DNA of 45,940 nucleotides, taken from the NCBI GenBank assembly GCA_910592345.1, contig CAJVPI010000175.1:1-45940 (forward strand). Reading direction: 5' to 3'. Positions 13,855 to 23,746 of the stretch are shown in pieces. The stretch comes from Paraglomus brasilianum. Taxonomy: Eukaryota. The notes beneath the pieces are model-generated. The model ran no database searches and had not been told where the DNA came from. It was given only the letters and a program-made list of their open reading frames with translations. Within the stretch, counting starts at the first letter, position 1. Each line of letters begins with the position of its first letter. The position numbers were made by a program, and so were the translations under genes.

Positions 13855-14100
13855 ATGTAAACCTATGAGAAAGAATATACATAAAATAACGAAAAGATAT
13901 TGGTAGTAATATTCCTGACCAGCAGGGATAATACCGGTTAGCTGACAGAGTATTAAAAAAAAGCTTAATGCGACCAGCGCATAAAAACGTCGCTTCTATA
14001 GAAAAGCGAGAGAGTTCCGAAGCTGTTCTCCGTCCTTTGTTAGCTATGTTGCCACAACGAAGCTTGGGATAATAATAAGGATGAAGGGTTCGAAACCATG
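13855..14100 (-). pseudogene. Decayed membrane-protein ORF fragment of unknown family
   Basis: One frame reads GFEPFILIIIPSFVVAT*LTKDGEQLRNSLAFL*KRRFYALVALSFFLILCQLTGIIPAGQEYYYQYLFVILCIFFLIGLH: three hydrophobic segments and two TAG stops. Confidence 0.35.
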
Positions 14101-14245
14101 ACTATAACTCGCTTTTTTTTATTCTGCTTATTATTAGAACAACTACTACTGGCCGAGGTTCTTGCTATTCATATCCTTCCGCATCATCTCAATCGGCCAG
14201 TAAAACTTCGCCATATTTAATTTCTCCAGTTATTTTTACTTTCCC
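14095..14245 (-). pseudogene. mazF: MazF/PemK-family toxin, N-terminal fragment (bacterial type, decayed)
   Basis: Reads GKVKITGEIKYGEVLLAD[TGA]DDAEGYE[TAG]QEPRPVVVV, then a frameshift, then SNNKQNKKKRVIV. This matches the MazF/PemK pattern I.RGE...AD....G.EQ...RPV.V.SN...N....VIV. Confidence 0.72.
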
Positions 14246-14259
14246 GGGTTCCTTTTTTT

Positions 14260-14375
14260 TTATCAGTCTTCTCCACCATTTTTTTACTCGTCGGGTCATT
14301 AGCCCGCTTTTCATAAGCTTCGGCTAGTTATTTTCTTCCTCTTGCTCCCCCTACTTGGCTGATTTCCTAGGTTGA
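14260..14375 (-). pseudogene. Probable antitoxin fragment directly upstream of the mazF-like fragment
   Basis: Frameshifted pieces ..EISQV.. and LAEAYEKRANDP lie immediately 5' of, and co-oriented with, the toxin fragment, as in type II TA operons. The call rests mainly on position. Confidence 0.4.
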
Positions 14376-14412
14376 GGATAAGTCCGGTATTTCCAGAATT
14401 TTAACCGAGAAT

Positions 14413-14847
14413 ATGAAAAAAAAATTTATTTAACTGTATGTTGAAAATAATAAAAATATCTAACCAAGAAGAATCAAGCAAATTAGAAAAAATTAAAGTT
14501 GGCGGTTGAGTAAAATTAATCCGAGAAAGCCAAGAAAAGATTTTTATTACTTTGAATGATGGTTCAACCATCAGTCATCTTCAAATAATTACTTCACGGA
14601 AAATTTCCTGCACTTAGATTTATTGACGAAAATAAATTTCGGCAGCAGTTTATTAGCAAGTGGTAAATTTAATTCTTACCCCCCAACGCGAACAATCTTG
14701 TGAACTGGATATTTCTAAAATCGAGTTTGTTAACTCTGCGATTAGGAATTATTCTCTACCAAAAAATATATATTCCTCTCATAATTATTACCATTTACGG
14801 GCTAAACCCAATATAATTATTTTTGGGTGATTTTTCGCTTAAGACAC
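14413..14847 (+). pseudogene. asnS: Asparaginyl-tRNA synthetase N-terminal (OB-fold/hinge) fragment; bacterial type, intronless, TGA at the conserved Trp, several frameshifts
   Basis: Four blocks: 14462-14599 KIKVGG[TGA]VKLIRESQEKIFITLNDGSTISHLQII; 14614-14667 LDLLTKINFGSSLLASGK; 14669-14812 LILTPQREQSCEL...NYSLPK...HLRAKPN; 14815-14847 NYFWVIFRLRH. They are collinear with the AsnRS motifs V.GWV..R...FI.LNDGS...LQ, G.S....G.L...P...Q..EL, YPLQKK and HLR.RTN.F..IFR.R. Confidence 0.85.
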
Positions 14848-14985
14848 GGTAAGTCAATTGTGTAACATTATATATACGAATTTTTTATACAATTTAAAGT
14901 GTTTTAAAAGAATGTAAAAAATTTCATGTGACAATAATAAATATTTTTTCTCTCATTTTTACACATTCCTAGACACTTGTTACAG

Positions 14986-15545
14986 AATTATAAACGAAGA
15001 GATCCAGTTGATCACGCAAGTTTAGAACAAGCAATTTCGACAATCTTAGACAACAGAATGAAAATTTCAAATGCACGCTCCCAGAAGAAGCTTGTTGGAC
15101 CATGTGTTATTTGTGGAGCAGAAGGGTTGAGTAAGATTCCGAAGATTTACTGAAGACGCTTATCATAAAGCTATGCAGCATGGAACTTTAGCTTCTACAT
15201 GGGTATTAAACATTAGTTAGTTCTGTCAGTCATTGCATGAGTTACATTGTACGCGTTACTGCTAAAGGTTCTGAGACATCTGAGAATGTGGTTCCTTCAA
15301 AGCGATGATGGATACAAGGTGAAGCAGTGACAGAGCAAGTTGGTCGTTATGATGGTCAACAAGAGTTAATAATGGAGACATCAGAGGTAAGTGACGATGG
15401 GAGAATCAAAGAGATTAATTTTATTGATCGATGGCGCAAATTTTTATACAAGAAAAAGAAAGAAAGTACTAGTATAGCTGGAGTTGGAGTCAAAGAATAA
15501 TGGCCTCAAACCATTCCCCAACCTCCTTGAGAAGTTAATTAATCC
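14986..15545 (+). pseudogene. Decayed Cys-rich, probably transposon-related fungal ORF
   Basis: NYKRRDPVDHASLEQAISTILDNRMKISNAR...GPCVICG / FRRFTEDAYHKAMQHGTLASTWVLNIS*FCQ / ...KFLYKK / ELESKNNGLKPFPNLLEKLINP, with stops and frameshifts. Family not recognised. Confidence 0.4.
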
Positions 15546-17865
15546 GAGTGGTAGAGGTAAAAGTTGCCACCGATGGCCTTCACTAATTGAGTGACCTATC
15601 AATGAAAGATCGTTTAGTTTTGATAAAAGACTGCTTGAGCGCATAATTGCAATTAAAGAGTCAAATAATGTAAAAATAATTCAATTTCTTGTAAACATAA
15701 ATTTTATTATTTCGATTATAGAATGCGCGCTCTTGAAATACTCGGACCCAAAGCCATAACCTATTCTTTGGTCACTCTTACTCTGGTGCAAATTAAGTTT
15801 CATTATCTTTTTTACTATCACTATTATTATCACTGTTAATATTCCTATGTTGTGGAGTTGGCTATTATAAATTATGCCATTTAGCAACAGGCCGAGAACA
15901 AAGCCAATAAATACTCCAAAAAGAAATTCGCTTGTGAACGTAAGTATTTTTGTAGATGTTATTGGTGGAAGTTGACAGATTTGTTTTATTACTTTAAACG
16001 ATGTATTGATTTCTAAAAAGTGCTGTTTTATAATAAATTATCATCACTGCAGATAATCATTAAACGCGAATTTCTGCCACTGATCAGGGTTAGTATTAGT
16101 ATATTGGAACTAATTTTTTTTCGAACATGACAGAAGAGTTAATAACGCAAAGGCGCGGCAGCAAAAAGCAGAGGAGGAATGGGACAGTTTTAAGGACGAC
16201 ACGGACGGCGGGAAGTTGCTAAACACGTTAAGTGACAAGGAGATCCTTAGTGACCGGCTGATTTATATATATATAAGACTAAGACTGATCCCATGATCGA
16301 CAATTTAATTTGGTACGCGATCCAGCCAGCGCCACTAGTTAACTTGGTTCTTGGAAATTTTCTATGCTGATACCTTTTGTTTCAATTTTGGTACCGATAA
16401 AGGGTCTTTGCCGTTGATTGTGTTAACATTTTCCCATTTGTAATAATAGAGGTAAGCAGAACGTAATCGCTAGTTATATAAGCGGCCCTTATCCCATCGT
16501 CAAATTTTCATGTTGTATATGTTATATATGTTGTATATGTTATTTAGTTTGTTCATATTATTTTCCATTAAAATATCAAATAAACGATTCCCTTTGAAAT
16601 CAAAATTTTACTTTCTTTCATCGTTGCAATATTAATCACTCAAGCTGTAAAAACGGCTCACTTAAGCTGTATAAATTATCGTTGATCTAGTACTCTTAAT
16701 TGAGGAACGAGAGTTTTTAATTATTATTTAAACGAATATTGTTTAATTAGTTTGAGACAAGTGACAGAATTTGACTAGTCAAAATACCAAATCGAAGATA
16801 GCCCCGTTTAATATTAAATAGAATTTATTCCCCTTCGATTCCGCGATAAAAATAATTGTCGTTATTATTTTATTGTGGGTACCCTTATTTGGAATTACGA
16901 GTGATTTGAAGCTCGAATAGGGAGTTGAGAGGCGCGCATTTAATTTAATTGTATAAATAGGTCACTTGTAGATTAGAACTCAGTCTTAATTGAATAACTA
17001 CCGTAATAAGGGCGGAGCACGAAGCTAATCTGGTAATAACCCCCGGTCGGAAGAACACCCCTACGCGAAAGATTAATCGCTCTCCCAAACCCCAGACCAT
17101 CCGACCATAACAACTTTCAGGCACTGCACCAAAAGCTGTATCTGAGCAAAGGAGCCCTCTATGTACTCGTGGTGCTTTGTTGAGTACCCGTTATTATACT
17201 ATCAGTACATGCATGCATTGAAATTGTCAAGGATTTTGCAATCTGAAAATTTTATTTGTGGGTTTACAATTTAATTTGTTTTCTGCTGTCATCAATTTAA
17301 TATTAGGTCTAATCAGTTTATTCATTCAAAAAATATTGCTTAGCTTTTCTCGCTTTTTAATTTTTAAAGTTTTAAACAAAAAGAAGTATTAAAAAACAAC
17401 AACAACAACAATATGTATTTAAAAAAATAAATAAAATAAACAAAAAATATCCTAGAAATCCAAAAAGAAAGCAATAAAGCACTAATGAATGAATTAGAAT
17501 TAAAGAGAAAGATGCAAAAGCTGATTAAGGCATTGAGCGAAGTTGGCAATACTGACAATCCTGATCCTGGAAAAGATTGACCTGCGTTCTGTAAAAGTTT
17601 CCCTTTTAAGAATAATCGGCAAGGTCATATTGGATTACTTTGCAGTATTATAATATGTCATAATAAAACACGCCGCTTGTTATCTTGTAAGGATAAAGGC
17701 GTAAAGCGTTTACATGGAGTTTATATCGGATGTTTCTATCCGGATTTGGCGTGTACTACTGCATTACGGGGTAGAATGTGACCTGATTTTTGCAATTACA
17801 TTGGCCAAATTTGTATATCAGCCAATGAAATTGCTCTACCCCTCATTATAGTAATAGTAATAATC

Positions 17866-18110
17866 TAGTGCGTTCTCATCAGTTACCTCCCCTACCAGAT
17901 ATGGTAACGCTTCGAGTTACTAAATTTGGCTACTTCCCCTACTGCATTTGGGAAGTATCATTATTGACTAGTTCAAAATGTGGGTCAGGCCATAAGACGC
18001 AAGCCTATTATGATATAGGGTGCTCTAATCAGTACAATTTGGTAACGTTTCGTTTACTAAATTTGGTAGGGGAGATAGCACTCGGGGAGGTACTGATGAG
18101 AACGCGCCTA
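17866..18110. mobile_element. Non-autonomous TIR element (hAT-like ends)
   Basis: TAGTGCGTTCTCATCAGTTACCTCCCC at the left and GGGGAGGTACTGATGAGAACGCGCCTA at the right, with inner TGGTAACG..TTACTAAATTTGG repeats. No clean TSD. Confidence 0.75.
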
Positions 18111-18206
18111 GTAATATGCTAACTGCATCGGGTATATATTGATATTTACATATAGGTGACAGACTTTACAGATGCCCATATTCAGACATTTTAGCATCTA
18201 AAATCA

Positions 18207-18268
18207 CAGGGTGCTCTCATCAGCTACCTCTCCTATCAGATTTGGCAATCGAAATTGCTAAAATTCGC
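18207..18268 (+). mobile_element. Solo diverged left end of the same TIR family
   Basis: CAGGGTGCTCTCATCAGCTACCTCTCCTATCAGATTTGG aligns with 17866-17903. Confidence 0.6.
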
Positions 18269-20595
18269 GAAGACAGAGCAGATGGCTTTAATCGACAAGT
18301 CGGTCACACGTGATTTAATTGTCCCACGATTCAATTTACGGAACTTACTGGTGGACAATATCGAATGTATACAATTGAAATACTCTATAACATTAACCCA
18401 TATATCAACATCTCTCTATTATCAACGTTGGTTATAGAACGGATTTTCCCCGTTGGTTTCACTATCAACATACAGATTTTATTTTTACATCAATATAAAT
18501 CGTATTCTAAACGTCAAATTAACTTCAGCAGTTATAACACTTCTCTGCATAATACATGTAATTGAGACCGAAGAAGGTAATGAAGATACTGTAAATTTCC
18601 ATCGGTTTCAAATAAAACAGCGTTGAATTATGTACAGCAATCAAATGCTCCATATTGTCAGGAACATAAAATTAACGTCAAATAAGAAAAAAGAAATCAA
18701 TTCTCAAAGACAAGCGAGTTTGTCGATAAGTCGGCATGTACCGAGAGATCGTAATGCGTGCCATTAGGATGACAACAGCCTTTGGCATTGATGTTATTTG
18801 TTTCTCCAGTCAGACTCTCCCGTTGTGGTTTATTTCAATATCCCTAGCAACAGCTGTAAAAGTATTTGGGTTTCCGGTTTGCTCGGCTTGTTGCTGAGTT
18901 CGACTTTGTCCGGACTAATCATATTCTGCCCTAGATTTCTTCCTTTTTGGTAAATAAAATTTTGTGGGTGGGGATTTCTGCATCAGCTCCCACAATGATT
19001 ACTTCCTCTTCTTTTAATTTAGTGGATATTCACTTCTTCGACCACTAGATAAAGTAATTACATAATCACGAGCTTAAAAATAAATTTTAACTTTTCGGCT
19101 TATGAATACCAAACTTGGTTTTCGTGAGGTCACTTGGTTCATTTCTGTCAAACGGTGATCCCCCACGTGATAATGGTTAAGAATGTCATCATAATGATGA
19201 TAAAAACGATCTTTTATGTAACTCGTGTGAATTTCCAATTGGTGATTACTAATTCGGCTAGGTGTGGAGCACAAGACGATGAGAAGTACCATGGATTCAC
19301 ATTGAATGTAATACAAATAGTTACTTGACTTCTTTGGTGAGAAGTTGCATTAATTTACACTAATCTAAATTTTTATCAAAGCTTGGCGTATTCTTGGCTC
19401 TTTACTTTTCCTACTTGACTATATATCTTGTGTGACAACTATATACGAGACATGGTAAAATGTTTGTATGATTCTAGTACTCGTATAAAGTATATAAACG
19501 TTCGAGTGATTTATTCCTCAAAACATATAGTGATCGGATTAGTGCACACGTACAGTATTTACATTTCACATGTGCGAAATTATGGACTATTACCATTGTA
19601 GATGGAGCAATTTTGACTAAATATGACGCTCGATTAAAAATTTGATCAAATATGTTGTGTTTCGTCATATTGATATCTAATTGACTCGTTGCGCTTTAAC
19701 AACATGCCAATACTGGCAAGTATACAAACAGCTGCACGCCTAAAGGGCTACTACTCTCCTTGGTGATTTATAACTTGACAAATTTAAGAGAACCCTAGCC
19801 AATCAAATAGCATGGCGTTCCGTTTAGGGCTAATATTTGTAATTAATACTGAACGTAACTTTGGGTGAGGTTGGAAGCAATAGTAATAGTAAATAGAACA
19901 TAACAAATCCGTAACTAATACTAGTATTCACTTAGACAAAACATTTCTACGGCGCTATTATACATTTTCTATATGATCAAACATCTTTGACATCTTGGAA
20001 TCGATCACGCATCTCTCCGGACATATAATGCCAGTTATAGGAAGCTCACTGTACCTAATCTGCACGATAATTAACAAAATCTTATTTCGGGAATGATTAC
20101 ACTTTGAAAGACGAATCGAAATCACAAAGGAATCAGATGGTGGTGTTACAAAAATCGCAACTTTTTCCGTCTACGGCAATAACATTAATAAAGTTTTTAC
20201 TTCAAAGTCGTTCTTGCACATGTCGCTTTTCACGTGTCATTCATCTATCTACAAGGCAATTAACAAACAGTAAAGACCGATTGCGAAACGCAAACGATTC
20301 GTGGTTTTTATTATCATCAACTGAACCGAATACAGAAAGCCTGCTTACGAACATATAGTATCAAAGATGCAAATAACCCCCCTTTTTTTAGTCATTGCTA
20401 AAGCTATAAATGCAACTTATACTACAACGCATACACGCGATGGATCAATTTATATTCTTCGAATCATCGATTGTCAAAAGTCCTCCCTTCTGGTTTTGAC
20501 ATTATATACAAGACAATCCATCTGTCAAGCGCGTATAGCAAAAAAAAAAAAAAACAAAAAAACGGTAGATATCTGATAATCAACCATTTCCCTAA

Positions 20596-21393
20596 TCATG
20601 TATCCTCTTTCAATACAACGAGCACCTGACCAAGCTTCGACCATGTTTTGGGTTTGTAGCTATGACTACGACCGCGAACCTGTTTACATAAAGGGACGTG
20701 TTCTATCTCCACTTCTGGTAAGTCATCGCTTTCGTCACTATCCGACTCTTCTTCGTCAGTGAATTCTACACCGATCTTTGTAATCGTACTTGCACCATTA
20801 TACATCTTTCGCTTATAGTTAACAAGCTCTTCATGATACTTGAAGTATTCATAACTGGGAATACTCCCTAAATCAATACTTTTCCATCGACCAGTTTCGA
20901 GTCTTTCAAATAAAACATCTTGATAACAAACGAGATTCAGGTTGCTGTGTTCTCTATCCTGAATACGAGATATTAGGAATGGGAAGGGTGGCTTTGTTGT
21001 TATTGTTGGTGGTGTCGGTGTTGGTGTTGTCGTTGTTGTTGGTGTTGGTGTTGTTGGTGTTGTTGGTGTCGTCGGAGTCGCCGTCGTCGTTATTGTTGGT
21101 GTTGGTGTTGGTGTTGGTGTTGGTGTAGGTGTTGTTCTTGTTGTTTCTTTATCATTTATAATAGGGTTTAATATGACTTCCTTATCGTCTGTCCAGTTTC
21201 CTTCGTCAAAGTGGATCTTCTTGTTACAGTCAATATCGAAAAAGTCTTCTACAATTTCGTATTCAAAGCTTTCTTTAAATTTTCTCTTTTTTATGTCGTA
21301 AGATTTCTGCATCTCACACGCTGTTTGTTGAGTACTACTATTACGTAGAGTTGGATTGTCAAGCTGACAATGAGTAGTGCAACACCTAGCCAT
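20596..21393 (-). CDS. Hypothetical intronless protein (265 aa) with a Pro/Thr-rich linker and an acidic patch
   Basis: ATG-started ORF with a (PT)n/TTP tract from (ACACCA)n-type repeats at about 20990-21145. Divergent from TOE1. No family recognised. Confidence 0.65.
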   Translation of the reverse strand: MARCCTTHCQLDNPTLRNSSTQQTACEMQKSYDIKKRKFKESFEYEIVEDFFDIDCNKKIHFDEGNWTDDKEVILNPIINDKETTRTTPTPTPTPTPTPTITTTATPTTPTTPTTPTPTTTTTPTPTPPTITTKPPFPFLISRIQDREHSNLNLVCYQDVLFERLETGRWKSIDLGSIPSYEYFKYHEELVNYKRKMYNGASTITKIGVEFTDEEESDSDESDDLPEVEIEHVPLCKQVRGRSHSYKPKTWSKLGQVLVVLKEDT

Positions 21394-21718
21394 TGGAAGG
21401 CGATCTTAAATATAGATATGTATCAAAGTGGAGTGGATCTCGAAACACAAAAGTGACAAAGGTTGTCGTGGTCGGTGAACAAGTTAAAATCAAATGCGTG
21501 AAAATTAAAATATGGGGGGAACTAACCGGTGTCTGCTTATATGTGGGGGGATTTTTTCATGGTCACAAGACACACCGAAATAAATTCGTCGTGTTGGATC
21601 AACCAACGTCATTTTACACTCTACCGTTAACTATTAACTATACACTAATTGCTATTATTACCGGAAACTTTTTGAAAGCCGAAAATTATCCACCTCTTTA
21701 CTTCGTTTATATATTTTC

Positions 21719-23608
21719 ATGACTCGACGTGAGATCCCCGCTACTATCAATCTAAGTACGTTCAACGATGTCACTATAGAAAACCTTGTCTCTCTACAAA
21801 CGAAAATAAAGAATACCATAAGCCGCGCCAGTTTTATCGCCTTAGATGCTGAATTTACTGGGTTGGGTGGTCGACATGCTGATACAAAGGCATTGTAAGC
21901 AATAAGTTGTTTGAATGGCGATAAAAGTATCGTCTGTCTACCAGATATTGATATAATCCCATCATTCGTCGGTATAGTAATCTTGAGGACAGATATGAGA
22001 ACTTGTGCAAGGTTGCAAAGTCATATGCCATACTGTCCTTGGGGTTTACAACGTTCGAATTGCTATCGACGGAGGAAGGCGAAATACGATCAAACGAGCT
22101 GGAAAAGTCGTATGCTGTCCATAACTTTAGTTTTACTCTTTCTTGTCAGGTAGACAACAGAAATCGTCCGCCTTTTTATCGGTACTAATTGTAAGCTAAT
22201 TAGATCAATACATCCGTTCCAGAGCGAACATAAAGTCAGTCCCAATAGTTTAAAATTCTTGGCTGGGGTTGGCTTTGACTTTCACAAACAATTGATGCAC
22301 GGTATACCTTACGAACCTGGCCCCGATAAGGTGCTCTAGTGTTTGATGCAAGCATTGCTTACAAGAAATTCTTTCATTTGACTGATTCATAATGTTATTT
22401 GGTTCTTGTAGGCTTTTCATTATAAAAATCATCCAAATTCTATAATGAGATCGATATTCTCACATATTCTCGAACAAAAAATACCTCTAGTAGTGCATAA
22501 CGGATTTCTAGATCTCATATTCATATATTATGCATTTTATGCGGATTTACCATCAGATCTCCACTCATTCATAGCAGATCTCACCGAGATGTTTCCTGCG
22601 GGCATTATTGATACGAAGTATATATCGTCCTATGTGACGGACGAGAAAACAACGTTCTTGGCTTATTTGTACAGAAAGTAAGTAACGGAACTTGCTACCT
22701 CTTTTAATCAATGATAGGTACTTATATTAATAACTTGTAGATACGAGAGAGAGCAATTCGAGAGAAAGATGGCTGGTAAGAAAGAATACTTGGATATGAA
22801 GCTTCAAGACAGACTATCGTGTATACCAGCCAAGCGATCAAGAAACGAAGAGGATGAGTATGAGTCAATTTCTCATGGCCACAACGGGCGGACGCACAAA
22901 CCCCGCTATGGAAATGAAAAAAGTAGGATAAAGTATAATGACGATGATACTGATGATGATGACAAGTTACATTTTTGTCAGCAATATGCTGTAAGTGTTC
23001 CGATTACCTTATGAACGTTATAAACATCCGGATTACATTGCTGACTTTTTATTTCGTACTTGTAGTCATATGGATATTGCAGGATGAACATGAAATGTGG
23101 TAAATCGCATGATCTTGACTTGATACTTGATTATGAGGCTGAACAGGAAGATAGACGGAAGCACCACAAATTTGACTCAACTTTAAAGATTTCGATCAAA
23201 ACAAAAAAGGATGGTGATTCTTCGGCTGATGTATCCCCATCGTCATCATCGCCCACGCTGGAGACTGAACATTCATCATTACGATTTTCTGTAGATAATG
23301 TAAAGATAAGCGCCAAAGCGAAGACTGTTAATGACAGGAATCATCGTAGAGAAAATTCATTAAGCGTCACGCCTAGGACGAAAGAAAATATTGAAACATA
23401 TCACGCGGCACACTTTGATTCGTATATGACTGGATTTGTATTTGCAAGACAATTATTAATACTTTCGGAAGTAGAAGTGCTAAATGAACACAAGAACAAA
23501 CTGTATCTTATGAACAAGGATAGGCCATTGCTTGTACAGAAGAGCGAATTCGCTAACACTAGTGAAGGGCATAGAATGAAAGTAGAAGAAGCAAATAGAT
23601 CGAAATAG
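21719..23608 (+). CDS. TOE1: CAF1-family DEDD deadenylase, TOE1 (target of EGR1) type, multi-exon
   Basis: DVTIENL...ASFIALDAEFTGLG, AKSYAILSLG, GFDFHKQLMHGIPY, PLVVHNGFLDL, FPAGIIDTKY, CCCH finger FCQQYA|SYGYC...CGKSHDLDLILD, and HAAHFDSYMTGFVF. Confidence 0.9.
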
Positions 23609-23746
23609 ATATCATTGTAATTGTAACTTTTGTAATAATTGTAAATTTGATGTCATGTGACCACTGTCCTACCAAAAAAATTTTATTAAATTCAAAAGTA
23701 CATTCTCTTCTTGTTCTTTCTTCTTTCTGCATCTCTTTTTGTTGCG

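Noticed and set aside
14083..14098. GGTTCGAAACC, resembling a tRNA T-loop / Pol III B box
   Set aside because: No acceptor stem, D-arm or anticodon arm could be folded around it.
14413..14847. NUMT or selenocysteine explanation for the in-frame TGA
   Set aside because: Fungal mtDNA does not encode AsnRS, and the aligned residue is Trp, not Cys.
16857..17112. Possible solo LTR (TATAAATA inside, ends ...ATAACA)
   Set aside because: No matching TG start with a terminal inverted repeat and TSD was found, and there is no second copy in the window.
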